Below, piece after piece: positions 51,608-64,000 of a stretch of DNA of 64,000 nt. A program made the translations under genes and the position numbers. Position 1 is the stretch's first letter, and each line of letters opens with the position of its first letter. The notes beneath the pieces are model-generated. The model was not told where the DNA came from and did no database searches. It worked only from the letters and a program-made list of their open reading frames with translations. Source of the DNA: Nageia nagi (lineage: Eukaryota; Plantae; Pinophyta); NCBI GenBank assembly GCA_050084985.1, contig JBITNC010000002.1, positions 7,936,001-8,000,000 of the forward strand, read 5' to 3'.

Positions 51608-53676
51608 CTGTAATGTACCTCAAGCTTGTCAGTCATCTTCTGCCATCTTCCTTCCATAAACTTTTATTACCATTACATATGACAGATAACTTCCTTATGC
51701 CCAAAACGTTTTACTTTGGACCTGTGATTAAACTGACTTGAGTACAGGAAGTCTCCCACTTCAGAAAAGATATAACATTCATATTCGAAAAAACATTATT
51801 GCTACAAAGGACTACTTTGTTGTGAAAATCATGCATCGTAAATGAGAAACTTCTCATGGTGTTAATCCAGTCATTTTTTTCAAGAGAAGTTACCTGGAAA
51901 AATAACTCCAACATCTTCAATCAGTATTGCTCAACAGTTTCAGAATATAGTTATAAGCTCGAGGTCATTGAAAATGCTCAGAAGCATATACAGTTATTTC
52001 AATGCAAAATAACAATGTAGTCCAAATTGAATGTTTTAACAACATTAGACCGCTTTATCGTCTGAATTTTTGTAGAACTATAATCTGTATTTGTGGCTAT
52101 CAATATCAACTTTTCCATACTTGTGTTACTATTATTGAAGGACACATCAAATTTCTCTAGCAAATTAATCCCTTCAATAAAAATTCAGCTAACTAGATAA
52201 TATGCTTTTTAGCACTGCTTGTTAAAATTACACAAACATTACAGGAAATTTTATCAAAATATTCTGAAACAATGCTAGGAAAAGATGAACTATTTTCATA
52301 TTCTTGAATATTTCTAACAACTCAAACTGAGTAAAAGTATCAATGATGATGCATCCAAATGACTTGAAAATGGCAACAAAGAACTTGTTTAAAAAGGATT
52401 ACAACACAGGATTAAATCATTCACAAACGATGCATCTAGTTTTAAGTTCCATTTGAATCTTATCACAGCATAATATGCATGAAACGGGTTAGTGGGCCAA
52501 TTTCTTGTGGCATGTGGACAGTATAAAGTAGGCAGAATGTTGAGATTTGTATCAAGTAGCAGTAATAACTTTTCACAATCATATTGATAAAACAACGCTG
52601 CACGAAAACTGTCACTGCAAATGCATTAAGACTTGAAACCTTGCTTTGGATGTGCTTAAAGATACACTATTGAGTCACATCTATTTTTCCTCATTTGCTT
52701 TGATAGTCTGCTTGAGGAAAAATAACAGATAAGACAAGACAAAAGTATGGTATGTGACCTAGACAAATTTTTAGTGAACTTTAGTTAACTCAAATAGATA
52801 AGCAGGTGTTATTTCTTCAACAATTCTTGCAGAGTCACTTCTCCTCTGTAAATATGATATGACTCTAATTCAGTTATCAGTTTCTTGGTGTATGCTCTAT
52901 TCTCCCAGCATCCAAAGGACATGGAAGCACTTCTATGCTCATTACAGACATCCAGATCAAGATATACCCATCCAAGATTCCAAACCAGAACTTAGGTAAT
53001 AAGAACTTGTTTTGTTGGAAGGGATTTAACAAAACAAGGAATCATCTGCATGAGCAACATAGGACATATTTTGTCCAAAGTGAAGGTTGGCTACTGCGCA
53101 TGGATAGTATTGGCAGGATTTTGACTTCCTTCCATGTTGTCCAGCCAAACAAGAGATGCCTTGGAGAATAATAATGTAAATGACATGTGACTGTTCATTG
53201 CTACAAAGAATAATCCCAAGGTTGATCATTTACATATCAAACCATCACAAGAGATGCCAATTTCACTATAGAAAATAAAGAGATTTCTAAACATTTAGTA
53301 TATAGAGATATTATACTTTACATGTCTTCAATACCATTAATGCAGAAACTGCTATTAGGAAATCTAGAAAATAAAAAGTATGCTACAAATATTTTATTTT
53401 TACGGTCTAACCCAATTTTCGTATTTAATTCCAAAACAAAAATTCAAACTGAACACAAAAAGCATAACTCCACATTTTTTCATTTGTTTTATTCCAACAC
53501 TACATTAGTGAAAATTCGCTTATAAATCATTTTAAGGGAAATGAGGCTGGCTAAACTCAACGAAACTTCTTTAAGCATTGTCCAGGAAATATCTATTGAA
53601 CAAGGGTAATGTATAAATAATTGCTCTCCGCACTAACATAATTGAGAAATGAATATCTCATTTCATGTGCAGTATA

Positions 53677-55806
53677 TCACTCGTCAACTTCTGCTCTGAT
53701 TTCCTTTTGAAGTTCTTCCTTGTATTCTTCAAAAGTGCCAGGAAATGTTCTTACTGTTCCATTTTCCACAACCCAAATCTGACTCTTTTCTTCATCTTCA
53801 CAGACACGTGATATAAGCCTTGAATCATGACTTACCAGCACAACTCCACCAGTAAATTCTTCCAATGCATCTCCCAATGCATCAATACTCTGCATGTCTA
53901 AGTGATTTGTAGGTTCATCCAACAGAAGAATATGGGGCTTAGACATTGAAATTGAAGTAAAAACAACTCGGGCCTTCTGACCTCCGGAAAGCTTTGCAAT
54001 TGGTGTGAGATGATTATGACTGGGCAATCCAAACTTTCCAAGTTTCGCACGAACAGCCTCCTGTTTACTAAACCCCTCTTGATCAGGATGAAGCCTAAGA
54101 AGATACTGAACAGGTGTTTCTTCCATGGTCAACAGATCAACAAAGTGTTGAGAATACCTGCCAATTCTCAATTTTTGACTCCTCCTTACCTCCCCTTCTG
54201 AAGGTTGCAAGTCACCGGCAAGAAGATTAAGTAGAGTAGACTTCCCTGCTCCATTGGGCCCTATAATTGCCACACGTGTTCCCATGTCAATACCAACATC
54301 TATATTACTAAGTCGGAAGTCTTCTCTACCAGGATAGCTGAAACTCACTTCTATAAGCTGGAGAAGAGGCGGTGTGAGCTCTGTAGGTTCAGGAAAGTGA
54401 AACTCCACACTGTAATCTCTCCACTTTTTGGGTGCTTCTGCAGGTTGTTCATCATCATTACTCGTCTTACCCTTACCTTTATTCTTTGCTGCCTCCTTGT
54501 TTGCAACAAATTTTGCACGGTCCTTGACTTTCTCTTGCTGAACTCTATTCCCACTTCGTTTGGCAGCTTTTACCTGTTTCTCATAAATCTCATACTTCTT
54601 ATTGGTTTCCTTCCGTTTTTGCTCATATCCACTCTCAAAAGCATCAAAGTTTCCTCTGTAGAAATGAAGTTTCTCATCGTGAAGATGAATGATGTCACTG
54701 CATACCGTGTTCAAAAAATCACGATCATGTGACACGACAACTAGAGTTTTCTTCCATCTGCACAAATATTCTTCTAGCCATAAAACAGCTCTAAGATCTA
54801 GGTGGTTGGTAGGCTCATCCAACAAAAGAAGGGTGGGCTGAACAAACAAAGCTCTTGCTAACGAAATCCTCATTCGCCAACCTCCACTAAAAGACTTGGT
54901 AGGCCGGCCTTGCATATCTTTAGTGAATCCCAAACCAGCCAAGATTTTTGAAGCATGTGCTTCTGCCACATCAGATCCCATCAATTGCAACTTCTCATAC
55001 AACTCTGCCAGCTTCTCACCAGTATCCGTATCATCATCCTCCCCATCATCAAGAGACAGATTCTGCAACTTCTGAACCTCTTGCCTTAGCTCCACCAATT
55101 CCTCATTGGCAGAAACTACTGCCTCCAAGGCAGTCCGTTCATCACCCACAACCTCTTGCTCAACCAATAGCACATCAATATTCTTCGGCACAGGAATTTT
55201 CCTCCATGCCAAGAGCTTCAACAACGTCGACTTTCCCTTCCCATTGGGTCCAACAAGCCCATATCGCTTCCCATGAGAAATTTTCAGAGAGGCATTCTTT
55301 AGAAGCTCCTTACCTCGTGCTGATACTGAAAAGCTATCGATTGTAACATCCTTCACATTGGCAGCAGCTTCATCATCTCCTTCCAGAACAGCAGCCCTGC
55401 TTCCAATCACAACAGTAAATGCATCTCTGTCATCCCTCAACGCCTCCATTTTAGCTGTCTCAACAGCATGGGCAATCATCTGATCCCTCTTCTCTCTCTT
55501 CTTCAGATCCCTATCAGTTACAGACACATCTAGAAGCTTCCCATCATTATCGCCTCTTCGAGCCTTGGGAATTTCCTCCTCTGCTGACTCTTCATCATCT
55601 GAAGGTGGCAAATCAAGTCCATCTATATAATCACTTTTGGTCTTGGGTTTCGAAGCACCAGAAGAAGATTTGAGCTTTTCCGCATTCTTGGGCTTTTCCG
55701 CATTCTTGCTGTCCATGGTAGCTAGCATTGCAGAAACAGACATTTTTTCCTTCTTAGAGCCGTCCTTCTTAGAACCCGTATCATCTCCTCCCTTCTTCTT
55801 CCCCAT
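53677..55806 (-). CDS. ABCF4: ABC transporter F family member 4-like (ABC50/ABCF1-type soluble translation-associated ATPase), 709 aa
   Basis: Intact single-exon ORF with two ABC domains (GPNGKGKST, FSGGW, LLLLDEPTNHLD; GPNGAGKST, LSGGQ, ILLLDEPTNHLD) and no transmembrane region. The N-terminus MGKKK...KKEKMSVSAMLA matches plant ABCF4. Confidence 0.97.
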   Translation of the reverse strand: MGKKKGGDDTGSKKDGSKKEKMSVSAMLATMDSKNAEKPKNAEKLKSSSGASKPKTKSDYIDGLDLPPSDDEESAEEEIPKARRGDNDGKLLDVSVTDRDLKKREKRDQMIAHAVETAKMEALRDDRDAFTVVIGSRAAVLEGDDEAAANVKDVTIDSFSVSARGKELLKNASLKISHGKRYGLVGPNGKGKSTLLKLLAWRKIPVPKNIDVLLVEQEVVGDERTALEAVVSANEELVELRQEVQKLQNLSLDDGEDDDTDTGEKLAELYEKLQLMGSDVAEAHASKILAGLGFTKDMQGRPTKSFSGGWRMRISLARALFVQPTLLLLDEPTNHLDLRAVLWLEEYLCRWKKTLVVVSHDRDFLNTVCSDIIHLHDEKLHFYRGNFDAFESGYEQKRKETNKKYEIYEKQVKAAKRSGNRVQQEKVKDRAKFVANKEAAKNKGKGKTSNDDEQPAEAPKKWRDYSVEFHFPEPTELTPPLLQLIEVSFSYPGREDFRLSNIDVGIDMGTRVAIIGPNGAGKSTLLNLLAGDLQPSEGEVRRSQKLRIGRYSQHFVDLLTMEETPVQYLLRLHPDQEGFSKQEAVRAKLGKFGLPSHNHLTPIAKLSGGQKARVVFTSISMSKPHILLLDEPTNHLDMQSIDALGDALEEFTGGVVLVSHDSRLISRVCEDEEKSQIWVVENGTVRTFPGTFEEYKEELQKEIRAEVDE

Positions 55807-55815
55807 TATCAATTC

Positions 55816-56145
55816 CTACCAAATATGCCCAAAATGTTTTCCACATCACCAATTCACATAAAATTATACAATTTTTAGAAGTAATAAAAACCCTAATCGC
55901 TGAAGAAATAAAGCAAATCAGATCACCGAGCTGTCGATCAATTTTCAGATTGGATACACATGAAGAAGGAAAAATCTGAGTGCATACATACATACCTTAT
56001 ACAGATTGGATTGGACCTGAAGAATCCTGTGCGAGGGTTTTGAAACCTGAACAAAATATGTAAAGTTTTCTCCCCGAAAAAGAAGCGAAGCAGATTTAAA
56101 TTAAAAAAAAAGCTGTGGATTTTTTAGCAAAGCCCTAAGACCGAC
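55816..56145 (-). promoter_or_regulatory. Predicted 5'-UTR intron of ABCF4 containing a telo-box
   Basis: Acceptor TAG 9 nt before the ATG, candidate donor AAG|GTCGGT at 56145, U-rich on the coding strand, AAACCCTAA at ~55887-55895. Confidence 0.6.
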
Positions 56146-56669
56146 CTTAGTTTGTTGGATGGGAATTTGAGGGCTCTTTTTACGTGGAATTGTTTGATTG
56201 AGTTGGTAAGTGGATATTCGTTTATTCATGTAAATGTGTTTTATTCATCTAAGTGTATTGTCAATTCAATTCCATATAGAATGTTGTGAGTAAAATAATT
56301 GTCTATGTAGGCACTTTAATCAACTACATCTCTATTTAGCCATATTTCTTTGTTTTGTATGGTGATACTTAATTTTTTTTTAATATATTTTAAATGTCAT
56401 GATTAAAGGTATATTTTTCATTTCACTCATTCAAGATTTGCATATGTGGTTGAGAGGTAGAGATTTAAACATGAATCTTCTTAATAAAAGATTTAAATTT
56501 CCATTTACTACTCATCTTTTATGCTATGAACTCATAATTTCACATGTATTTAGATTAAGATTTATATTTTTTTAATAATAATTTATTGGTACATTTTAAT
56601 ACACTTTGATAGTTTTTCAATCGATATTTAATAGTATATTATGTATATTATTAAGTAACATGAAATCAA

Positions 56670-59600
56670 GGTGCTTTCATTGATTTTTAGGCAAAAATTC
56701 AAACATGCAGGTGTTGATTTCCTTATCGTATGGCTTCAAACTCTTGGGATCCATCGAACCCTTCACCAACACACACATCTCACACCTCCTTCAACACGTA
56801 GAGCCACACAAACGTCAATGTCTCTCTGTAAAAGGGAACAGGAGCCGAAAATGTGGATGGGAGTAAAGCAAAGCCTTTGTTCAGAGATGTTGTAAGGAAT
56901 AAGGGTTTGATAATGCAGTGCCCTTCTTCATCCAAAAATATTTTCCAACACTTGCATAACATCCCCAAAGATCCAAACAAAAACAAAAATGGGTGTTTGA
57001 AAGCCACAACTAAAATGCCTCGGGTAGAAATCATAAGTGAGAAAGCACACAACAAATTGGAAATTCATGCAAACCAAGGCCTCATTTATCATTTCATGGG
57101 AGCAATACCATCCTAGCTAGCTATAAAGAATTAGGTTTCTCGTTCCTAGATCACTAAAGGTGAGATTTCTATCAGCCACTACTCTAATTAATATTGTCTT
57201 GCATCGTTTGCCATTGAAGAAGATAGGGATCATGTCTTCCAAGGAGGGTCATGGTTCTTTGGCATATCAAGTCTATTCATTAAATCATGGCATTTTAATT
57301 TCAAGCCAACAGAGGAAAACCACACAAAAGATCCAATTTAGGTCAGATTACCAAGACTGCCATCTATCCTCTAGAATGATGAGGATCTAGAATCTATTGG
57401 TAATTCAATTGGAGTCTACATGTGCATGTTGAATCAAAGCATTGATTAAAAATCTCCTGCATATGCTAGAATTTATGTCCATGTAGATCTTGAGTTCCCC
57501 TTACCTACCAACATTGTGATCAGCCTCCCAGATAAGGGTTTGGAGCATCAGCAATTAATTGATTATGAAAGCATTCCTTTCACATACAAGGTATGCTCGG
57601 ATTATGGCCACCTGGCAAAAAAATTTTATGTTGTACCAAGAAAATCAATATCAAATATCTCTGAGGATAATTTTCAAGAACAAAAATGCAAAAATCACAT
57701 AAATACTCACCCACTCCCCCCTAAAGCATGTCCTTGAACCCTAATTTTCCATAAGGCCCTACTACTCCACTTGCTACCCAAAACAACTTTCAATGTCTTC
57801 AAACACCATAAACCACCCAAAACATCCCAACACCTCCTCACCTTGAACCCGTGCCCCTAGTTCCTATAGATCCCCCTCCATCGAATCCCAATCCCATAAT
57901 CAATAATCCTTTGTTCTCCCCAAACCTAACCAATACCCTTATTATAGCATAGCACTCATTGCAAACTCAAGAAATGGACACTATCATGCCAGATAGTCAA
58001 CTCAAAATAGATGCTCACCAGCTAGAACCTCGAACCCAAATGGGATCCACCCCAAAAAAATCATAAAAGCATCCTTCTAGAGACTTTGCTATTAAACAAA
58101 CCCAAAACCAACTAAAAGAAATACAAGCAAGCATACACAAGAAAAGAGGTCATCAATCAAAGAAAGATAAGTCACATCAAATTGCTAAAGAAGGAATAGA
58201 AGATGGAACCTAGTATTAACTTGAGCAGCTGATAGATCCCGAAAAGACCAGATAGGCCAATGATCATCTCATCTTGGAACACTCGGGGTCTACATTCCCC
58301 TGATAAAATTAGAATGGTAAGATCTTTGATTCAACAAAAAAAACCTTCTAATTTATTTCTCCAAGAAACAAAGTATTATGCTATTGAAATAACAAACTTT
58401 AGAAAAAAAATTGGGCCTGTTGTGACTTTAATGCCTCTAACTCTAATGAGAACTTAGGGAGCACTCTATTTTATGGGATAGAAAAATTGTAGAATCTACC
58501 ATGATCTCTGTAAAAAGATTATTGGATGTGTGTCCTAGTCAAACATCTAAACATTGGTTTCATTTTTACTCTTATTAATATTTATGCTCTCTAAGATTAT
58601 GTAAAAAAAATTGAATGTTGGAATCAACTCTCATAATGGTTGGTCTTATATAGTTATACTCCTTATATAATAGGAGGGGACTTCAATGCCATCCGAAATC
58701 TAAATAAAAAATAAGGCAACAAGTGTAGATTGAAAAGATGTAAGGAGGAATTTAGCAGCTTTATTGATTCATGTAAGCTCCTTAAACCATTATGCACCAA
58801 AGGTGAATTTTCCTATTCTAACAAATGCTCAAAAGATTTCAAAGTTCTTAGAAAGCTTGATAGATTTTTGTTCACACCTCATTGGGCCTCTTTAGGATTC
58901 CTTATGCAAACAAAAATTTTACCATTAGGGGGATCTAATCACTAGAATATTTCAACAATAATTGATTTGCATTGCAAGCATAGGGGATTCCCTTTCATAT
59001 TTGAATGAATGTGGCTAAAACATGAGGCTTTTGATAATTTAGTTGTGGAATGGTAGAATGAAGAAAGTCATGTTTATGGCACCTTGATTTTTCAATTCTC
59101 CACCAAACTACACAAACTAAAGGAAAAGCTAAAAATATGGAATAAGCAATCCTTTGACAACATTGATGAGAACCATATGTTGCTAGAAGAAGAGCTAAAA
59201 CTAGTGGAGGAGCACCTAAAATATGACCAGGATACCCATCTACTTGAATAAGAATGAAAACTACTCTAATAACTCAATAATATATACCTCCATGAGGAAA
59301 TATTCTAAAAGTAGAAATCACATGTGCAATGGTTGAATGAAGGGGATGGTAACACTAATTTTTTCATGCCTCTACCATGTCTCACAGGGCAGTTAACCAG
59401 ATCACCAAACTTCATACAATAGATTATCAAGTCCTCACAATGGAAAATGAATTGGATAATCATATTATCTCTTTCTATAAGAATCTCATCATAGAAGAAG
59501 CAACTAGCAGAAATGAAGCATAAGAGCACTTTCTAAATACCATTCCAACTCTTATCTCCCCATACCAAAATGAAATGCTAGCCAATCCCATCTCATAAGA

Positions 59601-60409
59601 AGAGGTCCTCATAGCACTCTCGCAAATGAAGAGTTTTGGTGCCCCAGGCCCTAATGGTTTCCCTCGAGGATTCTTTCAATACTTTTGGTATTTGCTTAAG
59701 GATAAAATTATCAAGGTATTAAAAGAGTCCTTCAACTAAAAATAATTGTTGGGAAGACTCAACCATACCTTCTTAGCTTTGATTCCTTAGACTGCAGAGG
59801 TGAATACAATTGAGGCCTTCCGCCTTATATCCCTTTGTAACAACATATATAAAATCATTTCCAAGGTGGCTACAAATCAACTCAAACAGGTTATTCCTAA
59901 CATCATTTTAGAAGAACAAAAAACTTCTTGTTAAAGAAAGATAACTCATAGATGGACCTATTCTTATTCATTAATTAATACATTCTATTTTCAAGTCCAA
60001 AAGCAAAGGTATTCCGATGAAGTTTGACATGAAGAAAGCTTTTGATCGCATTAATTAGAACTTTCTCTTTTGAATGATGAAAATATTTGGTTTTATTGAG
60101 GAATGGATACAATGGATATCATCCCTCATCATCAACCCTTCTCCATTCTCATCAATGGAAGTACGCAAGCCTACTTTAAGAATTCGTAGGACCTTTGACA
60201 AGGTGATCCCCTTTCCCCTACTTATTTATCATTATTGCATAAGCTCTTGGTAGGGGATTGATATACCTCTTATCCACCAATAATATAAAAGGCCTCCACA
60301 TTAATATGTTATGTCCCCTTATGACTCATTCCCAATTTGTAGATGACACCTTCCTTGCAGTTTACCCCTCAGTCCAAGAGATTCATGCTCTCAAAACCCT
60401 TCTCAATTC
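56670..60409 (+). mobile_element. Degenerate L1-type LINE (ORF1 with DUF4283 and zinc knuckle; ORF2 endonuclease and RT), cut by a Copia insertion
   Basis: ORF1: GGSWFF and IDYESIPFT..VCSDYGHLAK. ORF2: MIISSWNTRGL (58260), GGDFN, LDRFL, APGP.GF, FRLISLCN..YKIISK, KKAFDR, QGDPLSP and HSQFVDDT. The 5' end is approximate. Confidence 0.92.
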
Positions 60410-63400
60410 TAATAAATTTAATCCTAATCTCCTTAAATCATTTGAAATCTCTCACAACATCAACATAAAAAAATAACATAATAGCCAATCTCACAATCTC
60501 AACACCAATATAAAGTGGTTCCTCTATACATCCACTAACTAAGATCTTTTTCATTCACAAAGTGCCTCTCTTACAACAACTCTTCCTACTTCTCCTAACA
60601 ATCCTAAAGCATAACAATACACCAAACTTAAGTAACTAAACAAGAAGGGGGGCCATCTATTTATAGGGCAAAATCATCCCTTTAACCACCCTTATACCCA
60701 AGGGTTAGGCTAGGGTTACATAATTTGATATTCACTAGACACTTAAAGGTATTTAGAGATACTTTAAGTGTTAAGTGGGTTACATACAAGGAAATATTAA
60801 TACACAATAATATATTATACATTCCAACACTCTCCTTTAATGCAATATTGGGATAGAACGTAGAAGAGAGAATAAAAAGAGAGTAAGAGAGGGTTCTCCT
60901 CCATAGAGATACAATTAAAGATGGGAACTTTTACATCTTTGAGAAATAAGTAAGATCTTAGTTTGAGACTCACTACTTTACGATTTGAAAAAATGGTTTA
61001 CAATACAATCATAAACCACAACTAGTTTCATTGTATAAAGTAGTCATTCAACAACAAGTTTTCACGATGAGCTTGCCCGCCTGAAATAAGTAACATGTAT
61101 TATCAAGAAGAAACCTACAAGCTACAAACAGCTTATAAACAAGATCAGTTAGATGCATCATATCAACATAAGATAAATGAATCAAGTAATGTCATCCATA
61201 AATTAATCAATGGTGCACTATAAGTCATCATAAAGATTCTAAGCCAATACTCGTAGTAACTTGTTGTATATAAAATATGTGTCGATCAACATCAAAATTA
61301 GAGCATAAGAACATACAAATTCCTCACATATAAATAACCAAATAATGCCAAAATGTACATATTGATTCTCCACATATTAATAACTGAAACACTGCTGAAA
61401 AAATAAAGCATAAGCACATACAAGTTCCTCACATATCGATAACCAAGCAGTGCCAAAATACACATAGTGATTCCTCACATATTGATAACTAAAATAGTGC
61501 TAGCAAAAGCTAAAATGTACCACTAGTTCCTCACATAGAGAGAACTAACCATGAAAGTGTATATCATCTACTCAAAAATAGTTCCTCACACAGAGCAAAC
61601 TAACCACAAAGGTGTACATAATATGATCAAAAAATAGTTCCTCACATAGAATGAACTAACCATGAAGGTGTACATGATATACTCAAAAAATATACAATAG
61701 TTCCTCACATAGAGGGAACTAACCATGAAGGTGTACATAATATGCTAAAAAAATGTACAATAGTTTCTCACATAAAGCAAAATAACCATAAAGGTTTGTA
61801 CAAAGATCAATATTGTACAACAAAATATCCTCTTAAGAATGAAGTTGTCATCACAAACATGAATTCAAAAAATTCAACCTTCACTCCCCCTTGAGGTCAA
61901 CTTCACCAACCTAATAGAATCCCTAAGCTTGCAAAACTAGGCTTTATGAAGGAGCTTGGTGACCATATCAATAAAGTTTAGGATAGATGGACAATACTGC
62001 AAGTGGAGAATATCATCCAGAACCTTCTCCCTAATAAAGTAGGCTTAGATTTCTATGTGCTTTGTTCTCTAACAAAAAATAGGATTCTTTGCCAAAGTAA
62101 TAGCCAATTGATTGTTTGAAAAAAATTGAGATGGACAAGCTTGCTCATACCCAATTTCTTGCAAAAGGTGCCTCAACCAAATAGCTTCTTGGGATGCTAC
62201 TAACATTGCTCGATATTCAGCCTCTATGGTGGAGAGATCAGTTATTGGAAGCCCAAGAGATAGCACCTGAACCAATGCTAAATACATAAGCAGAGGTTGA
62301 TTTTTTGTCATCTCTATCTCCCCCATAGTTAGAGTCTAAGAACTCTAAGAGAACAAATGAGAAAAACTTGACATACTTAAGAGCAAGATCCTTAGTGCTT
62401 GCAACATACCTCAAAATTTGCTTAACAACATTAAGGTGCTCAACATATGGCTTCCACGTAAATTGTACCATTAAATTCATGGTAAAGGTAATCTAGCCTA
62501 GAGATAGTCAAATAAAGAAGATTGCCAATTAATTACCTGTAAGCTGTAGCATCTACCAATTGAGAGTTGGAACTAAGAGATAAAGTGATTATAGGAGAGA
62601 TTGGGATTGGAACAAGTTTGCACTCATCCATTCCAAACTTTTGCAAGATATTTGAGATATACTTGGATTGACTAAGATAAGTACAATTCTTGTATTAGTA
62701 CACTATCAATCATTTTAAAAGTTGCCTTGAGTTTAGATATGCTCTCTTGGATGATTTCAATATTATTCCCTATAATCAACAGATCATACACATAGAGAAG
62801 AATTAATACAAAGTCTTGTCCTTGATTGAGCACATAAATATCAATATTATAGAAGCACTTAAGAAACCCAATGTCTTCAAAGTATCCTAAAATATTTTTG
62901 TACCAGGCTCTAGATGCTTACTTAAGTCCATACAAGGACTTATTTACCTTGCATATAAATGAGTCTTTTCCATCCATAACAAACCTTATTGGTTGGTTCA
63001 TGTAGATTTTCACATCTAGGTCACCATTGAGAAAAGCACTCTTGATGTTAAGTTGAAAAAATTTCCAACCTTTAGCTACTGAAAGAGCAAGGATTACCCT
63101 GATAGAAAGTTTCCTTATAATTAACTCCATATGTTTGAGTGAAACCCTTAGCTACTAACCTTGCTTTGTATTTCTCAATCTCTCTAACTAAATCATATTT
63201 GACCATGTAAATCCATTTATTACTAATCACATATCAATCATTGAAATAGAGAACCAAATCCCAAGCTTGATTTTTCATTAGAGACTCATACTCCACATTC
63301 ATCGCTTTCATCCAACACTTGTGCTTTGAGTCTTCCTTGAAGGATGAGGGGTCATTCTTACTATTAGTTTTGGCAAATAAGGATTTATTTAAAGTCATAC

Positions 63401-64000
63401 TTCTTGTTATCCTTTGTGTTTGAGAGTTTGTTTTTCTCCTGAGATGACATATCCACACTAACATACAACCAAATAAGTGCAATAAAAGAATCATTTGAAT
63501 CATCAACATTCTCACAAGAAGCAACTTCCTTAGGAAGTTCATTGAACTTTACATCCCCCGAGATAAACACTTCTTTAGAGTACAGAGAGTAGAGCCTATA
63601 GCCTCTATGCTAACCATTATAATTGAAAAAGAAGGTCTTTTCAGATATCATATACAACTTCTTTCTTTACTCAGAAATAATTTCAACATAGGCATTACAA
63701 CCAAAAGCTTTAAGGTGAGAGATGTTGGGTTTCTTTCTTGTTCATTCCTTATACAAGGTTTTGCCTTCAATTGCTATCATGGGGAACCTATTTATGGTGT
63801 AGATCGCAATGCTTATAGATTCACCTCATAAGAAGTTAGGAAGGTTTTCCAACATACACCTCGTCATTTCTTGAATGGTTCTATTTTCTTTTCTTTTAGG
63901 TACACTAGTTTGTTGCAGGGTGTTAGGGATCATAAATTGACTTTTGATCCTATATTTGGCATGATATTCATTGCTTTATATTCACCCCAATTATCATATT
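60410..64000 (-). mobile_element. Degenerate Ty1/Copia retrotransposon (integrase end, RT, RNase H, 3' LTR ~60410-60829), continuing beyond the window
   Basis: FISGDVKFNE, WMKAMNVEYESLMKNQAWDLV, QLNIKSAFLNG, KSLYGLK, DKKSTSAYVF and EAEYRA. The LTR starts TGTTGG (minus) at 60829 next to the PPT complement CTCTCCTTTAA. Confidence 0.93.
61310..61800. repeat. Tandem subrepeats (~50-63 bp) in the Copia 3' untranslated region
   Basis: The TTCCTCACA core recurs about nine times. Later units read TAGTTCCTCACATAGA..AACTAACCATGAAGGTGTACA. Confidence 0.88.

Noticed and set aside
55807-55812. ORF-track start at 55812 (MIMGKKK)
   Set aside because: That start is a TTG just after the splice acceptor. The ATG at 55806 gives MGKKK, matching plant ABCF4.
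53900-55900. Plus-strand ORFs overlapping ABCF4, and the many Phe/Cys/Lys-rich ORFs in the palindrome arrays
   Set aside because: These are antisense shadows of a real CDS or translations of repeats.

Overview
AT-rich eukaryotic plant DNA, inferred to come from a large-genome seed plant, probably a gymnosperm. It holds one clearly intact host gene: an ABC-F family ATPase (ABCF4/ABC50-like, minus strand, CDS 53677-55806, uninterrupted CDS, predicted 5'-UTR intron). Most of the rest is nested, decayed transposable elements whose borders can often be read directly from target-site duplications (TSDs). From left to right: a minus-strand LINE with a three-deep LTR nest inside it (1610-9817 > 2028-7945 > 2643-4518); two ~6 kb solo-LTR-like elements that each carry a homologous ~1,050-1,100-codon ORF plus arrays of inverted-repeat motifs (14415-20358 and ~21085-26770); a polyA/TSD retrocopy with no ORF; a 1.6 kb solo LTR; a non-coding LTR element; two related hAT transposons, one interrupted by an ORF-less sibling of the 21 kb element; stray host-gene fragments (RsmH/MraW-like exon, LYAR-like piece); a plus-strand LINE; and a Copia element running off the right end. 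The most promising candidate system is the LTR-embedded accessory gene together with its family-specific motif arrays. All alignments were done by eye and no database searches were run.
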